Notes: generated by a model not told the origin, from the letters alone. Counted from the whole stretch's first letter, positions 38,834 through 51,164 are shown. The stretch: 63,442 nt of DNA, filler included, from Intoshia linei (GCA_001642005.1; 4 parts of 4 records of this genome joined end to end with filler, not necessarily neighbours in it); one strand, 5' to 3'. Program-made: numbers and translations.

Positions 38834-41800
38834 ATGGTTGGTTCGACAAATAGTCTCAACTACGATGATATTGGAGTTGACGTCGATTGGAATCACCGTA
38901 AGACGAAAAGTGAAACAATACATAATGTTAAAGAAATGGAAAACAATACAATTCCTAAAGAAATTCAAGCAATATACGAAATCAACAAACCCGAAATTAT
39001 AAATGTCAAGTGCTCTAAAAAGGTGAATAAATACAAAACCATTGAATCTCGCAATGCTTCTTTTAAAAAATTAAAATCCAAATTGACTGACAGTTCATCA
39101 GATCCAAAATCTACAATGGTTAAGGCTGAGTTGGAGAATGAAAATGCTAGTATTCGAGATTATCGATATACGCCCGATGTCCAATTAAATCATGATGCCG
39201 AACCTTCCAATTCGTCCATAGATTCAATCAAATTTGGAGATGGAAATGATTATTACAAAATGATTAACAGCAAGTATCCTAGTCGCAGCATTAGGAAATC
39301 TAAACGTAATGAACCTGAAGAGGAGTTGACGGAGGATACTATTACATCATCAAATTCTTCATATGATTTCACCAAAGATAAGACCGACGAATCCCTAGAT
39401 AAAGATATTAAGAAAGAAAAGAGGATCAAATCAAAGCGGTACATTTTATATAAACTTTTTATATAGTCTTAGATCCTTTCTTAATAATGGAAAAGATCAT
39501 GTTCATGTTGTAGTTCGGTAAAATTAGTTTATTATTTTTTTTCAATTATTAAGTTTATGTCCAACAAAATCCAAAGAAACTAAATCTGCGACTATAGAAA
39601 AAGAAAATAGTATAAGGGTAATAATTTTGTTTTTTGTTTAAATTATTAACATTTAAATGCATTTTATGATAGATCAAGTCACAGCTTGTAAATAAACTCT
39701 TTTCCTTTGGTGCTGTGTTTTCTGCAGAGGAATCTCAAAAAATAGTGTTTAGCCGTTCCGGGATACCGAAATTGATAGATATGGCTCTAAGAGGGTAATT
39801 TAGACATTATTAGGGTAATATGGAAACCTTGACACATTATTCCTGTAAATCTATTGAAATTAACTAGGAAACCAATTATATCAATTTTTTAACTAAAGGC
39901 AACACCCTGATGCACAGAGTTCCACGTGCTCCATGAAATAATCATGTTCGTTGGATTCTTGATTTCAAAGTTCATGGTATGAGATTATTTTTGCACATTT
40001 TAAATGTGAAATTAATATAATTTTGGATAAACCTAATCCTATGTCACCATGCGAAAATTGAGACAAATTTTATTCGCCTGATTTATATTATTGATAAACC
40101 ACTGTATTTATTAATGTAAATAGCTATTCGTCAACAATATTTGCTTACGGACAAACTGGGTCTGGTAAAACACATACAATTACAGGGCCTCCAGGACACG
40201 TAATTCTTAAAAAAAATTTATTTTGATTTAAATATGTAGTTTGAAAGCAATGAAATAAATAGAAGGTATACCGAATTGGATGGTGTGATCCCTAGAGCTA
40301 TGCATTATTTAATGCACATGATTTGCCAAAAAAAGAGTACAACTTTTGTCATTAAATTGTCATATCTTGAAATATACAACGAACAGGTTATTTTTATTTT
40401 ATAACTATTTAGCAGCAATTATGATGGCGTTTCATTTATCGGCTACATTGAATATTGATCATTCTATTTCAACGTATCAGAATTTCAAAAATAACTAAAT
40501 TTTTTTAATTAATTACGACAAGTCAAGCCTACCAAGTTCGATGCCACCGAAAATGAAAAATGGGCCCAAAAAAATCGAAAACAATGCATAGTTCCATATA
40601 CCCCTGGTCATCTTCAAGGGTCTTGATTTTAAATTTAATTTAAACAGAATATTTATGATATTCAAGAAAATAATTTTTTTAGTCTTCGTATAATATATTA
40701 ATATTTAAATATTATGTATTAATAAAAATGGTTTATTCTATATTGAATTTATAACGTCTATTATTATCTGTTTTGATGTCCCATTCCAATAGACATTGTG
40801 TATTTCACAATGATCTTGATTCATATTATCAAAATTTTCAAAGGTGATAATTTTTATAACGTGGCCTGCCACGTATTTAAGTTTTACATGACTGCCCTAT
40901 ATCATATTACATACATATATAATGTATGATAATATGTAATGGTATATGTATGACATACACTATAATTTACATTGTAATTGTATCTAAATTTTTATTAATT
41001 TTTAGATTATTGATTTACTTAATATACAACAAAACAAATATCTACAAATGAGATGGTCGAAAGCAAATGGATTCTATGTTGAAAATCTATTTCTAGTTGA
41101 GTGTCAAACTTTTAATGATTTGATGACAGTATTACAAGAAGGTTATTAATTATGTCAAATATCTTGATTTGATTTAATTTTAATTTAATTCAATTTCAAA
41201 CATTTTGTAAATTAAGTTATCCAGAAAATATATTAACAATAGTTCGTATCTAGTTGCACAATAGCTCGTATATTAGTGCACAACTTTGTATTAAAAAAAA
41301 TTTATATCTATACCTTTTTAATTTCAAAATAAGAATAATAAACTTAAAAATGATAACATTAAATTTTAAAATTATAAATAAAAAAAAATTAAACATTAAT
41401 TAATTAAAATGTTATGTCTTCCAATTGTACTACTGGTGCAATGTATCTGCTTATACCAGCAATACAATTATCACACGTAGATATACTAATTGAATTCATA
41501 GATTCTCTAATTAACTGTTCTAGGGCACGTGCTCTTGATTCAGTCATAGATACATTTTTTTGTCTATATAATACCTCCTCAAGGCGAACGCCAAGTGATC
41601 GCTTTATCTTGGCTTTAACGCTTGACTACACAGTCTCAATTGGGTTGTGCATAGAACTTTATGGTCTAAGCCTTAAAAATGAATGTTCACAAAATTCTGG
41701 TATTAGTAATATACTCTCCATATCGCTGTGCACTGAAGCGTTATCAATAACGACGACAACAGGGCCATTGTATTTTTGCTTTTCTTTTCTTAAGCAATTT

Positions 41801-44800
41801 TGCATCCATTCTTGTGCACGTTCCTTTCTGAAACTTCTTATTTTAATTTCGTAGTGGATCAGTCCTATTTCCCCTTTGATATAGTTCCCCTTTTTAATTA
41901 AATAAACCTTTTCAAATTTAGGTTGTAGATTAATTAAAATAAAATACTAATATTTTTTTTATTTGGTTAATTTGAATTTTGTTATTTAGGAATTCGAAAT
42001 AGACACATTTGTCAACGCACGAGTAATGAACATTCCAGTCGGTCTCATACTGTGTTAACGATAAGAATAACATCCGAATATCCTGATGTTAACGATAATT
42101 CAGTTGTAATCAAGCATAATGGAAAGTTAATTTTTGTAGATTTAGCCGGTATTTTTTTATTTACATTTAAATATTTTCATTTGACATTCCCACCTTATTA
42201 AAGTACAATAATTGTCAAGATAAATTATTCAAATAGAAACGGAATTGTGATATATTATGTTATAGGAAATGAGAAAATTAAAAACCAGGAAGTTGTTAAT
42301 AGTACAATGCAAAATGAATCAAACAATATTAATAAAAGTTTACTTGTATTAGGAAAATGTATAGCTTCTTTAAGTTCCAGACGAAAGCATATGCATGTTC
42401 CATATAGGGATAGTAAGCTGACTAAATTATTAGGTATTATTTAATTATAATCCTTATAAGTTATAACTTATTTAAATACACCTTTAGCTGAAAGTCTCGG
42501 AGGTTCTGGTTTAACTTTAATGGTATGATATATAAAATATTAATACCTACATGTAATTAAAATACATACTATATAAAAATAAAATTTATATAAAAAATAT
42601 ATTTACTATACTATTTTATTAATAAAATTAATTATAGTTCAATGGTTCCCAAATTGGAGTACTGGGACCCCTAGGGGGTCCCAAACATTATTTTGTGTAC
42701 CAGCTCGTCTGATACTATGACTCATAAAGTATAGATATTTTTTACATTATCAAAAATAATTGAAATTAAAAATTCATTCGCAATAATGTACTTAGTTTCT
42801 TATGCATTTATGTATATTTAATAGCTTGTGTGATTTTAAGTTTGCATATTAAATATATGTACGACGTAAATTTGTACGTCCCTATTCTGCCAGTTCAATC
42901 ATTAACGATTTTTCAGATATCCATTTTTGGTCAAGTAGAGTTTTAATAATTAATAATTTTAAATCATATGGAGTCATAGTTACACTAAATTTAAATTATT
43001 ATGGGGTACGAAATAATTTTTTTTTAGTTTAGGGCATGGGTTCTTAACCTGGGTGCCGCCACCCCAGGGGGTTCCAACCGATTCTTGGGGTGTCAGAAAA
43101 TTTTAAATAAAAATCATTTTACAGCTATATTCTTTAAACTTGAATGAACGTTTTTAAATATTAAATATTTTAATATGCATATTACTGTGTCCACTTTTTT
43201 TTTTTATTAGAAAAACCCATTTTGCACGTGAATGCCTTTTTTGATTTTAAGCCTTTATCCAAAAAATGAAATCGGTTAATATTAAACGATACTAAAATAA
43301 ATAATATTGATAAATCGTACAAACCAGTGTTTTTTATGTTTAAAGGCTTTTTCAAATTTGAAGCCACTTTTAATCATTTCAGCTATCAATTTTTTGTTAC
43401 TATAGTTATATGGTTAACTTTGTCAAATGTAAGTTAGTTGCATTCTTGGGGGTTAAGAGGAAAAGGTTAAGAACCCATGTTTTAGGGGTACCAACGGTAA
43501 AGTATGTTGGGAACCGCTGGTATAGTTGTATAGTGTATTTTTATTTATATAACAATCAATTTAAAAATGTTGGATAATATTCATAATAGATTGCATGCAT
43601 ATCACAATCATTGGAAAATTTGGCCGAGACAATAAATACATTAAGATATGCATCCCGTGCTACTAGAATAATCAATATTCCAATTATTAAAATGGTTATT
43701 ATTACAATATTTTGGGTCAAATTTCCGGCAAACCCAACCACATTTTTACCAAAACATAATTTTTAAACTTGGTATTTAATCATCCTATATATCAATTTAA
43801 ATAGTACATTTATGTATACTGAATTTACGTATCAAAATTAATATTTATATTCATTTTAATTTTCTGCTTGTGAAATTCTCAGTATAATAAATGTTTTAAT
43901 GTAAATTATTAACATAGGATCCACGCGAGCATTTAATAATAACATTAAAAAGAGAATTAAAAGTATTACGCCACGAAAACCACTATCTGCGAAAAAATGT
44001 AATTTTCGTAATATTAAAAATTTTATGTACATTTAAAATTTAAAATATTTAGATAAACTTTCCGGTTAAACCAAAAGGCGAATTGGAAAAAGAAAATGAT
44101 AACAATTTTTTAAATTTTATGAAAAAAACTGACACCAAAGAAGTTACGATGAATCAGAATCAAAAATCTAATAAAACTAAAATTTCAGATCGTGCCTTAT
44201 ATGAAATGCTGCAGGAATATATGGTGGAGAATGAAGCATTGAGGTAATTATTTGAATTTGAATTGTAAATTTTAAATTTACAGACATGAAAATTCAGTTT
44301 ACCAAAAAACTAAAGAATTAAGTACTGATCAACAACAACGTTTAGAAATACACAATGAACGTCTATTACAAAAAATTAACATATTGCAGACGTAAGCTTA
44401 TATAAAAAAATTTTGCAACACCTCAATTGTACGAGATTAGTTGTTAGACTCTTAGTTAGATTGACCTTTTAGACTCTTGAAAGTTTGGTTCAAAAAAAAA
44501 TCCTAAAAACCCCTCTTGAAGGTTTGATTCAAAAAAAATCTTAAAAAACCCCTTAAAATTTAATTTACAAAAATTTCTAAAAAAACCCCCCTTAAAAGTT
44601 TGGTTCAAAAAAAAATCTTAAAAACCTCCCACCCTTGAAGGTTTGATTCAAAAAAAATCTTAAAAAACCCCTTAAAATTTGATTTACAAAAATTTCTAAA
44701 AGAATAGAATAATTTTTTTGTGGCCTGATGAGTAATGTTTAAATTATTTATTTTTCAACTTTTAAACACCGTTTTAAACATTGTCTACTACAATTGGCTT

Positions 44801-45316
44801 ATTATAATCTTTTTAATACTCAATTTCCAAATCGCCCTAGATTTTATTTTGTTGGATATACTAGAACCGTTTCTCTTTAATTAAAATTGAAATGTATCAT
44901 GTGTAAATTTTCAAAAATGGGGCCCGATAAATTTTTTGATATAAAAAAGTTGCCGACCCCTGATGAAACATGTCTTGGAAAAGTAATTATCAAATAAAAA
45001 TCTCTAATATTTTTAATTTTAATATTTTTTTAGAAATTATTCAAGCCGCAAAGATAGTATGTATTCCTATACAGATTCATTTCTCAATACTGATGATTCA
45101 TACGCTAGTTCCCTTTTAACCAAAACAAATGACAGTATGGTAAATTATCAAATTTTTATAAAGATAGCAATATAATGCAATGTATTAATGGTTAAAATTG
45201 TGTTATATAATATTTAAAATTAAGATTAAAATTATTACATGTATATTTTACATTTTTAATTGAATTTTTAGAATCGAGAATATAAATGTATTCCAGTAAT
45301 TAGACCAAAAATGTAA
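38834..45316 (+). CDS. KIF12: Kinesin-like protein KIF12 (kinesin-16 family), multi-exon
   Basis: Exons 38834-39438, 39473-39517, 39554-39617, 39673-39794, 40124-40199, 40240-40386, 41006-41141, 41990-42148, 42266-42433, 42488-42522, 43590-43694, 43918-43998, 44053-44243, 44284-44390, 45034-45139, 45272-45316. Motor motifs [41 protein letters not shown] and [16 protein letters not shown]12-type features [13 protein letters not shown] and [16 protein letters not shown]. May instead extend via exons at about 46932-47041 and 47350-47390. Confidence 0.92.
41410..41870 (-). pseudogene. IS630/Tc1/mariner (DDE_3) transposase C-terminal pseudogene in a KIF12 intron
   Basis: Minus strand reads [51 protein letters not shown] (DN..H...PYSP.LNPIE..WS..K motif with two stops); 35 residues between D and E. 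Confidence 0.88.
42640..43519. mobile_element. hAT MITE hosting a nested hAT MITE
   Basis: CAATGGTTCCCAA / TTGGGAACCGCTG termini; TSD TTATAGTT/GTATAGTT; same family as 57886-58230. Confidence 0.85.
43035..43479. mobile_element. Nested hAT MITE
   Basis: Perfect 16-bp TIR CATGGGTTCTTAACCT; TSD GTTTAGGG/TTTTAGGG. Confidence 0.9.
44480..44705. repeat. ~40-bp minisatellite
   Basis: Tandem GTTTG(G/A)TTCAAAAAAAATCTTAAAAAACCCC units with a higher-order ~120-bp duplication; reverse complement of 11680-11865. Confidence 0.8.
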
Positions 45317-45584
45317 TTTATTGCAAAATGTGTGTACTATGTATTATTATATTTTTTTGTTTTAAAATTTCAATAATTTGATATTGTCATGGGAGAAGTG
45401 TTGTTACTATTACTTTATGTTTTAGATGATTAATTTCTCTTTACGATAAAATATAATTGCGTAAGAACTTACTTTTTATCCAATAGTTATAGCCGCATAA
45501 TTCAACTAAGAAATATTTAAAAATATTATCAAAAGGGATATTTTACTTTTTGGGAAATTCTGATAAAAAAATTCTGTGTGTATG

Positions 45585-45990
45585 CAGAGCCGTCTTAAGC
45601 CAATTTGTGGCCCTGGGTTAAGAAAAGGGCCGGGCCCTTTAAAATTTCGAGCAAGCGATAAAAAAAAATTAGGTCCCCTGTTTGGAAGACAGGGTATACT
45701 GTTGGTTGGAGACTTAAAGTCTTATTTCATTGAGTAATAAAAGCATTATATTTTAAATTGAATAATTACCAGAATGTTGATTCTTTAAACTATTTTCTTT
45801 TTAGCTATTTGAATTCCCACACTTCAAAACTTATAAACTGACTCTTAAGATATAAATGGTAAGTATTTTTTAATAAATTTGGGCCTCTTTTTAAGATATA
45901 AAGGTAAAGTACTTTTATTAATTTGGTGGTTTTATTTAATGAGGGGCCCTGGGCTACAACCCATATTTCCCATGCCTTAAAACGGCTTTG
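45585..45990. mobile_element. hAT-like MITE
   Basis: CAGAGCCGTCTTAAG / CTTAAAACGGCTTTG termini with GGCCC-rich subtermini. The TSD is only partly conserved. Confidence 0.7.
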
Positions 45991-46009
45991 TGTGTGGAGA
46001 TAATTGTAT

Positions 46010-46350
46010 CAGCTTCAATTTTTGTTAAATTCTAGGAATATTTTCATTTTTTAAAATAAAAGGTAATTTGTGGTTTTGATCATGAAGATGTAAGTTTCAG
46101 AGGTTGATATTTACGACAATGTTAATCAATTTTAATTTTTAATTTTAAACACGTCCCCGAATGTATTATTTTTTTAAAATTTAGGGGTTATTTTATTTTT
46201 AAAAAAAAGGAGAAATTTACTTTTTGATTATAAAGGAGTCAATTTTGAAAAATGAAATTTGCGATACTGCCTTAATCTTCAAAAAATGTATTAAAATTTT
46301 CGATTTTTGAAGTTTTAGCACTGTCAATGTTTCAAATAAACGGTAACACA
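46010..46350 (-). mobile_element. Helitron fragment
   Basis: Matches 31240-31550 (TTTGTGGTTTTGATCATGAAG...AAATAAACGGTAACACA). Confidence 0.7.
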
Positions 46351-46569
46351 AACAATTCAATTTTTTTAACTTCTAGAGGTACATTTTTATGTACTTTTAT
46401 ATTTTTATTGTATTTTCATGTACAATTAAAAAATTAAATTAAATATATTTTTGAATAATTTGCAAAATATGGGTGAATAAAAAGGTAATACAGTATACGT
46501 TTTGAATGTAACAATGTCAATTTCTGAGATTTCATTTTTGTAAAAACACGACTGTAAAAATTTTTTAAT

Positions 46570-46890
46570 AAATTATCTTGGAATTGAAAATAATGAGCAT
46601 TCCTACCCAACAATTTTTGCATTAAAGGGAGTATACCTGCATCATTCAGTGAATCTTCCAGATTTTTAAAGGTATGTATTCGAGTTTGATACACTTCAGA
46701 ACCGAACGGTCCAAACTAGACTCATCCAAAAATAAAAAATATTTTCCTAAAAAAATTTCGATAACTACTCATGATACCTCTAGCCATCTCTTGACGGATT
46801 TGAACTTTACAGTTTAAATTTGGCACATAATACATTGATATTGAAAAACAGCCACGAGGAGGAGTCCCGGCTATGGGTGAACCGTTGCCG
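46570..46890 (-). pseudogene. Decayed Tc1-like transposase fragment
   Basis: Minus strand gives FLFLDESS (cf. V+FSDES) and LEDSL...ILPLMQKLLGRNAHYFQFQDN (cf. FQQDN), with deletions and frameshifts. Confidence 0.45.
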
Positions 46891-47808
46891 TATTGTTTTA
46901 TTTATTATTTTTATATTCATTATAATATTAGAAAAAATCAATCATATGTTGCCAAATTCAAAAATAGACGAACTAATCGTTACATTCATCGTAATGCAAA
47001 CAAAGTTTTCAAAATTGAACCAATTAACATTGTTGAATTGCGTAATATTTATATGTACAGGTTAATTCCTATTTAACTGAATTCCTCGTTAACGGGAAAT
47101 AATTCCTGATTAACGGACTGTGAATTTTTCTGATGTACTAAGTAATGTTTTTTCAAAAAAATCCTCGTTAGCGGAATATTATTTTTCAGAATCAATTATT
47201 TCGTTAACAAAGAATTAGCTTTTACTAAAAATTTAATTTACATTTCACGGAAATAATGCAATATTAATCAAAGTTGGTGGCGCGAAACATTGTGAAATTT
47301 TTTAATAGATCAAAAATATTAAATGACTCTTTTTCTTGATTTATTCTAGTTCCGCATGCGACTAAAATCCAATATAATGGAAAAATTTAAACTTCAAGGT
47401 CAACGAAAATACTATAGTGTATATAATAATGTATAGGTTCTTTTCACTTTCACTACAACTTCAAAAACTTTCCCACCGTTATGAATTATAATGCAATCCC
47501 ACTCTGTTAATATTATTTATATTTTTGGATTTTTATTTATAATATGCAATTACGATATGTGAGCTTACAATTCTGACAACGAACTTAAATTATTTTTATT
47601 TAACAATGCATACACTTGGTCTACGATTTTCAATGATGATTTTTATTTACATTTTTTTAAATTACAACATTGTTGTTAATTGCATTGTCCTAAATATTCT
47701 CATTCTAATGTTGAATATGTAAGCGAACTTTGCATTTGCATTATAAAAAGTTTTAATTTAAAAGTATGCTTCACTCCACTACAATTAATAATAATTAATA
47801 TAGTAGCG

Positions 47809-49240
47809 TGTTAATCCCTTTGAAAGGTTTTTTAAGCTTTATTTTCCAGGATTTGTTAAATAGGATTTAATTTACATATTTTTAAACAAGTTGTAATAAA
47901 CTTTGAGCTTGATATTGTAAGTCTTGGTAACCGTACAACACCTCCCCCCCAAGAATGAGCGGTTCGAAAGCTGAGAATGAGTGAGGTGAGAGGAGACTGA
48001 TATAGGTAATTGGAGGATAAAAAGAGTTTGAGGTAGTTGAGATGAAATTGAGAGATTATAGTCTCTTGAAATTTGATTGTGAGATGATGAGCCACACCTG
48101 ACGCAGTTTTTGAAATTAAGTGGCCTGGTTCATTGAAGTGATATGTATCCAAATTCGCTACAATTGAAGCACGTGAGCTTTGAGGTTGTTGAGCGTGAGT
48201 TTCGTTGAGGTCTCGGAGTAGATGAGGATGATGATGAGGTCGTTGAGATAATTGATTCTATGAGGTCTGGAATTTCCCTTGAGGAATCGAATCTTTTGGA
48301 GTTGATGAGAGTTGAGTTTTTTGAGGAGTAATTGATCTGCGAGATCTGAGGTATGAAAATGAGGAAAGTTTGGGAATGCCGAAATCAGGCAGCACTCAAT
48401 TACAGTTTTGAGATTTTTTACATTCCCGATTTTGAGTGTGAGATTGAAGATTTTGTCAAATTTTAAATTGAGGTTGTCATGTGATGAGATTCTTCGAAGA
48501 TCTCCCAAAAGCGTTTTATTTTGTCTTCTATGGAGTTTTTGACTGATCATGATTTTTCTACTTTATCTTCCAAATGAAGCGGGTTGTTAGTTGCAATATG
48601 TCCCATTTGGTCTCATTATCTCAATTATTTAATTTGGCCTATAGTGGGAATTTTTTATTGAAAATTTTCTGATTTTTTGAGGCATAATTTCTTAGCTCTT
48701 GAAAGATGGAATTATCTGGGAGTCTTGTTGAGTTTCCTGCTCCATTTTTTCTGGCATTCTGAGAAATTTTCAAAAAATTTTGATGAACTTTTCAAAAGTT
48801 TTGAATCAAAACACGTCGTGTGATCGATGATAGGTTTTTTTTTTAAATTTTTAATAACCAATGAGATTAGCGAGACCCAGGAGTATCTTGAGAAAACATA
48901 ATGAGAGTGTAGCGTAAAATATACAGCAAAGATACGACTCTATTATGCAGCTAATCTGTATTAATTATTTTTTGAATGACAAGTTTATGAGAAATGATAA
49001 TTTTGAGATCTTTTGAGTGAGCGATGTTGAAAACAGTCGCTACAATTTGGAATCTTCCTGTTTCTATTTTTTTTTTTTTAGAATAAAAAATTTTTTTACT
49101 GTTTAAAAATTGTTAGCCCTTTGAAAGTTTTTTAAGCCTTATTTTCCAGGATTTGTTAAATAGGATTTAATTTACAAATTTTTAAACAAGTTGTAATAAA
49201 CTTTGAGCTTGATATTGTAAGTCTTGATAACCGCACAACA
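47809..49240 (-). mobile_element. Complete non-autonomous LTR retroelement (1432 bp, TRIM-like / internally deleted gypsy-like)
   Basis: Direct repeats 47809-47940 and 49111-49240 (TGTT...AACA, about 7 differences). PPT GGGGGGGAGG abuts the 3' LTR on the minus strand. 5-bp TSD TAGCG/TAACG. Weak internal remnants QMGHIATN (zinc knuckle) and YH....GHL-ISKT (integrase Zn finger). Confidence 0.92.
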
Positions 49241-49966
49241 TAACGTATTAATTTTGTAATCAGGCTTTTATTATAAAACTATTTTGAAAGACAAAGATAA
49301 TCCTCAATTTCGACTTTATTTAGATTAATTATAATACAGTATTACACTATTGTGTACAATATATAACGTGATCTAAAAATAATGTGGGAGGAATATTTGT
49401 GTATTGTACACGTTAATAATTCTATGACATTGACGATTAAATAATAAATAGTAATATTGAAATGCTAAGGTCAACACATTGTACCAATTACATTAGTTTA
49501 TTGTTATCAGATCAATGAGTAGTAATAATAATTCTATGCTCTAAACTCTAACTAAACAATGCATTCTATACATGTCGAAATAACCATTGAAATGTGAATT
49601 ATCACACCCATTTTAAATTATTCCATGCACTAACATTAAAATATAATCAAAAGTCATTTTCCAATTTTGATAAATTTCGTGGGAAAATAAAAATATCCAT
49701 TAATTCAAATAAACGTGTTTGATTGATGATGAAAATAATGTAAAATATATAATTTATAGCAGCAAAATTAGAACAAATAAAATACAACCCAAACAAAGAC
49801 CGACAATATCGTAAGCAGCTTAATAAGATAAAATATGAATACTTTTTTAGGAGAACCACAAAAACTATCGCAAGATTTAGAAGAACTGGACAAATATATA
49901 TCTGTGTATAGCAATCGAAATAGATTGTAGTCAATGAAAAAATTAAACTTTATACCAAGCCAACGT

Positions 49967-50919
49967 TTAATATATTATATATTTAAATAAATTACATTTC
50001 AAAAAATATACTAGATATATTAATAATAGAAAAATAAAAGAGTAAATGTATAAATGATAATTTGGTAAACGACTATGAATAGGTTGGTCAATATCTATGA
50101 GTATTTTTGGTTTAGCTTTACGTTTCTTTCTGAATCGTTTTTTCTTTTCATTTAGATTTGTAGTGGGTTTTGGTAGAAGAGAAATTTTACCAAATTCAAT
50201 TTCATTGTCTTGTTCAATTTCCAAATTGCAAAAAATATTATCCAATTTGAGAGGACTTGCATTGAACTCTTTTTCTTTTTTATTTTTAAAAAATTTTCCA
50301 ACACACTTGAATTGACCAGATTTAACTATTGGTTTTGATGTGGTTTTGCCGAATTTAGACTTTTGTAATTTATTTTTTTCATTGGCGATTAAACCGTAAT
50401 GTTGGTTGGGTACATCAATTTTAGATTTTTTATTGTTTTTGACGTTTTTAATATATGATTCTTTATTCTTACAGACAGTTTTAGAAACTTTAGAATCAAC
50501 ATTAGTGGTAGAGTTGATACCAAAAACTTTTACATCATTAACATAAACTTTTCGATGTATCACATTGTCATGTTCCCATGTTGAACGATTCGAATTCAAT
50601 CCTATTCCCAAACTAGTGTCACTCGAATCAACGGTTGATACTTCTAATGACTTTTCAGATCTACCATCAGAATCTGGATACCTAGAGTAAGCAGACTTAA
50701 AAGGTTCAATATGAGTAATAATTATGGAATTTGAAAAATTCTTATTTTGTAAAATAACTTGCTCTGATACTGGGAAAATTGGTGAATTTCTTACAGACTC
50801 ATTCAATTTCTTTTCGTACATTTCATTGAAAGGAGAAATGTAATTTTTATCTAAAATTTAAATAAAATTTATCAATAAAAACTTGTAAAATTACCATTCG
50901 CATGCATTTTCTGATACAT
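49967..50919 (-). CDS. Hypothetical protein: S/K-rich region, basic cluster, C-terminal hydrophobic (TM) segment
   Basis: Short exon 50919-50895 (MYQKMHAN) splices in phase via a 44-nt GT-AG intron to a long open frame 50850-49967. Contains KKKRFRKKRK and YIYSFIFLLLIYLVYFL. Confidence 0.65.
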
Positions 50920-51164
50920 AATATTAATTTTAAAAAGTCATATCAAATATATTTAGCACAATCACTACTATGTTTGAATTGAAATATATTAGTAGTCGTA
51001 TTCAACTATTCATATAGTTACAGATTATAATTAATATTAATGAATCGAGTAATTATCATTAAGAGATCAAGTGTCTGGGTTGTCAAAGTTGTATGTAGTC
51101 ATTGCATTCATTTTATCATGTTACTAGAGTTATTTATAAATTTTATTGATGGTATCACAGCAAA

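Noticed and set aside
39253-39444. Minus-strand ORF (likewise 5490-5792, 28155-29051, 43556-43741 and the plus-strand 50097-50315)
   Set aside because: Antisense shadows of real exons.
41414-41854. 146-aa plus-strand ORF
   Set aside because: Antisense shadow of the minus-strand DDE transposase pseudogene.
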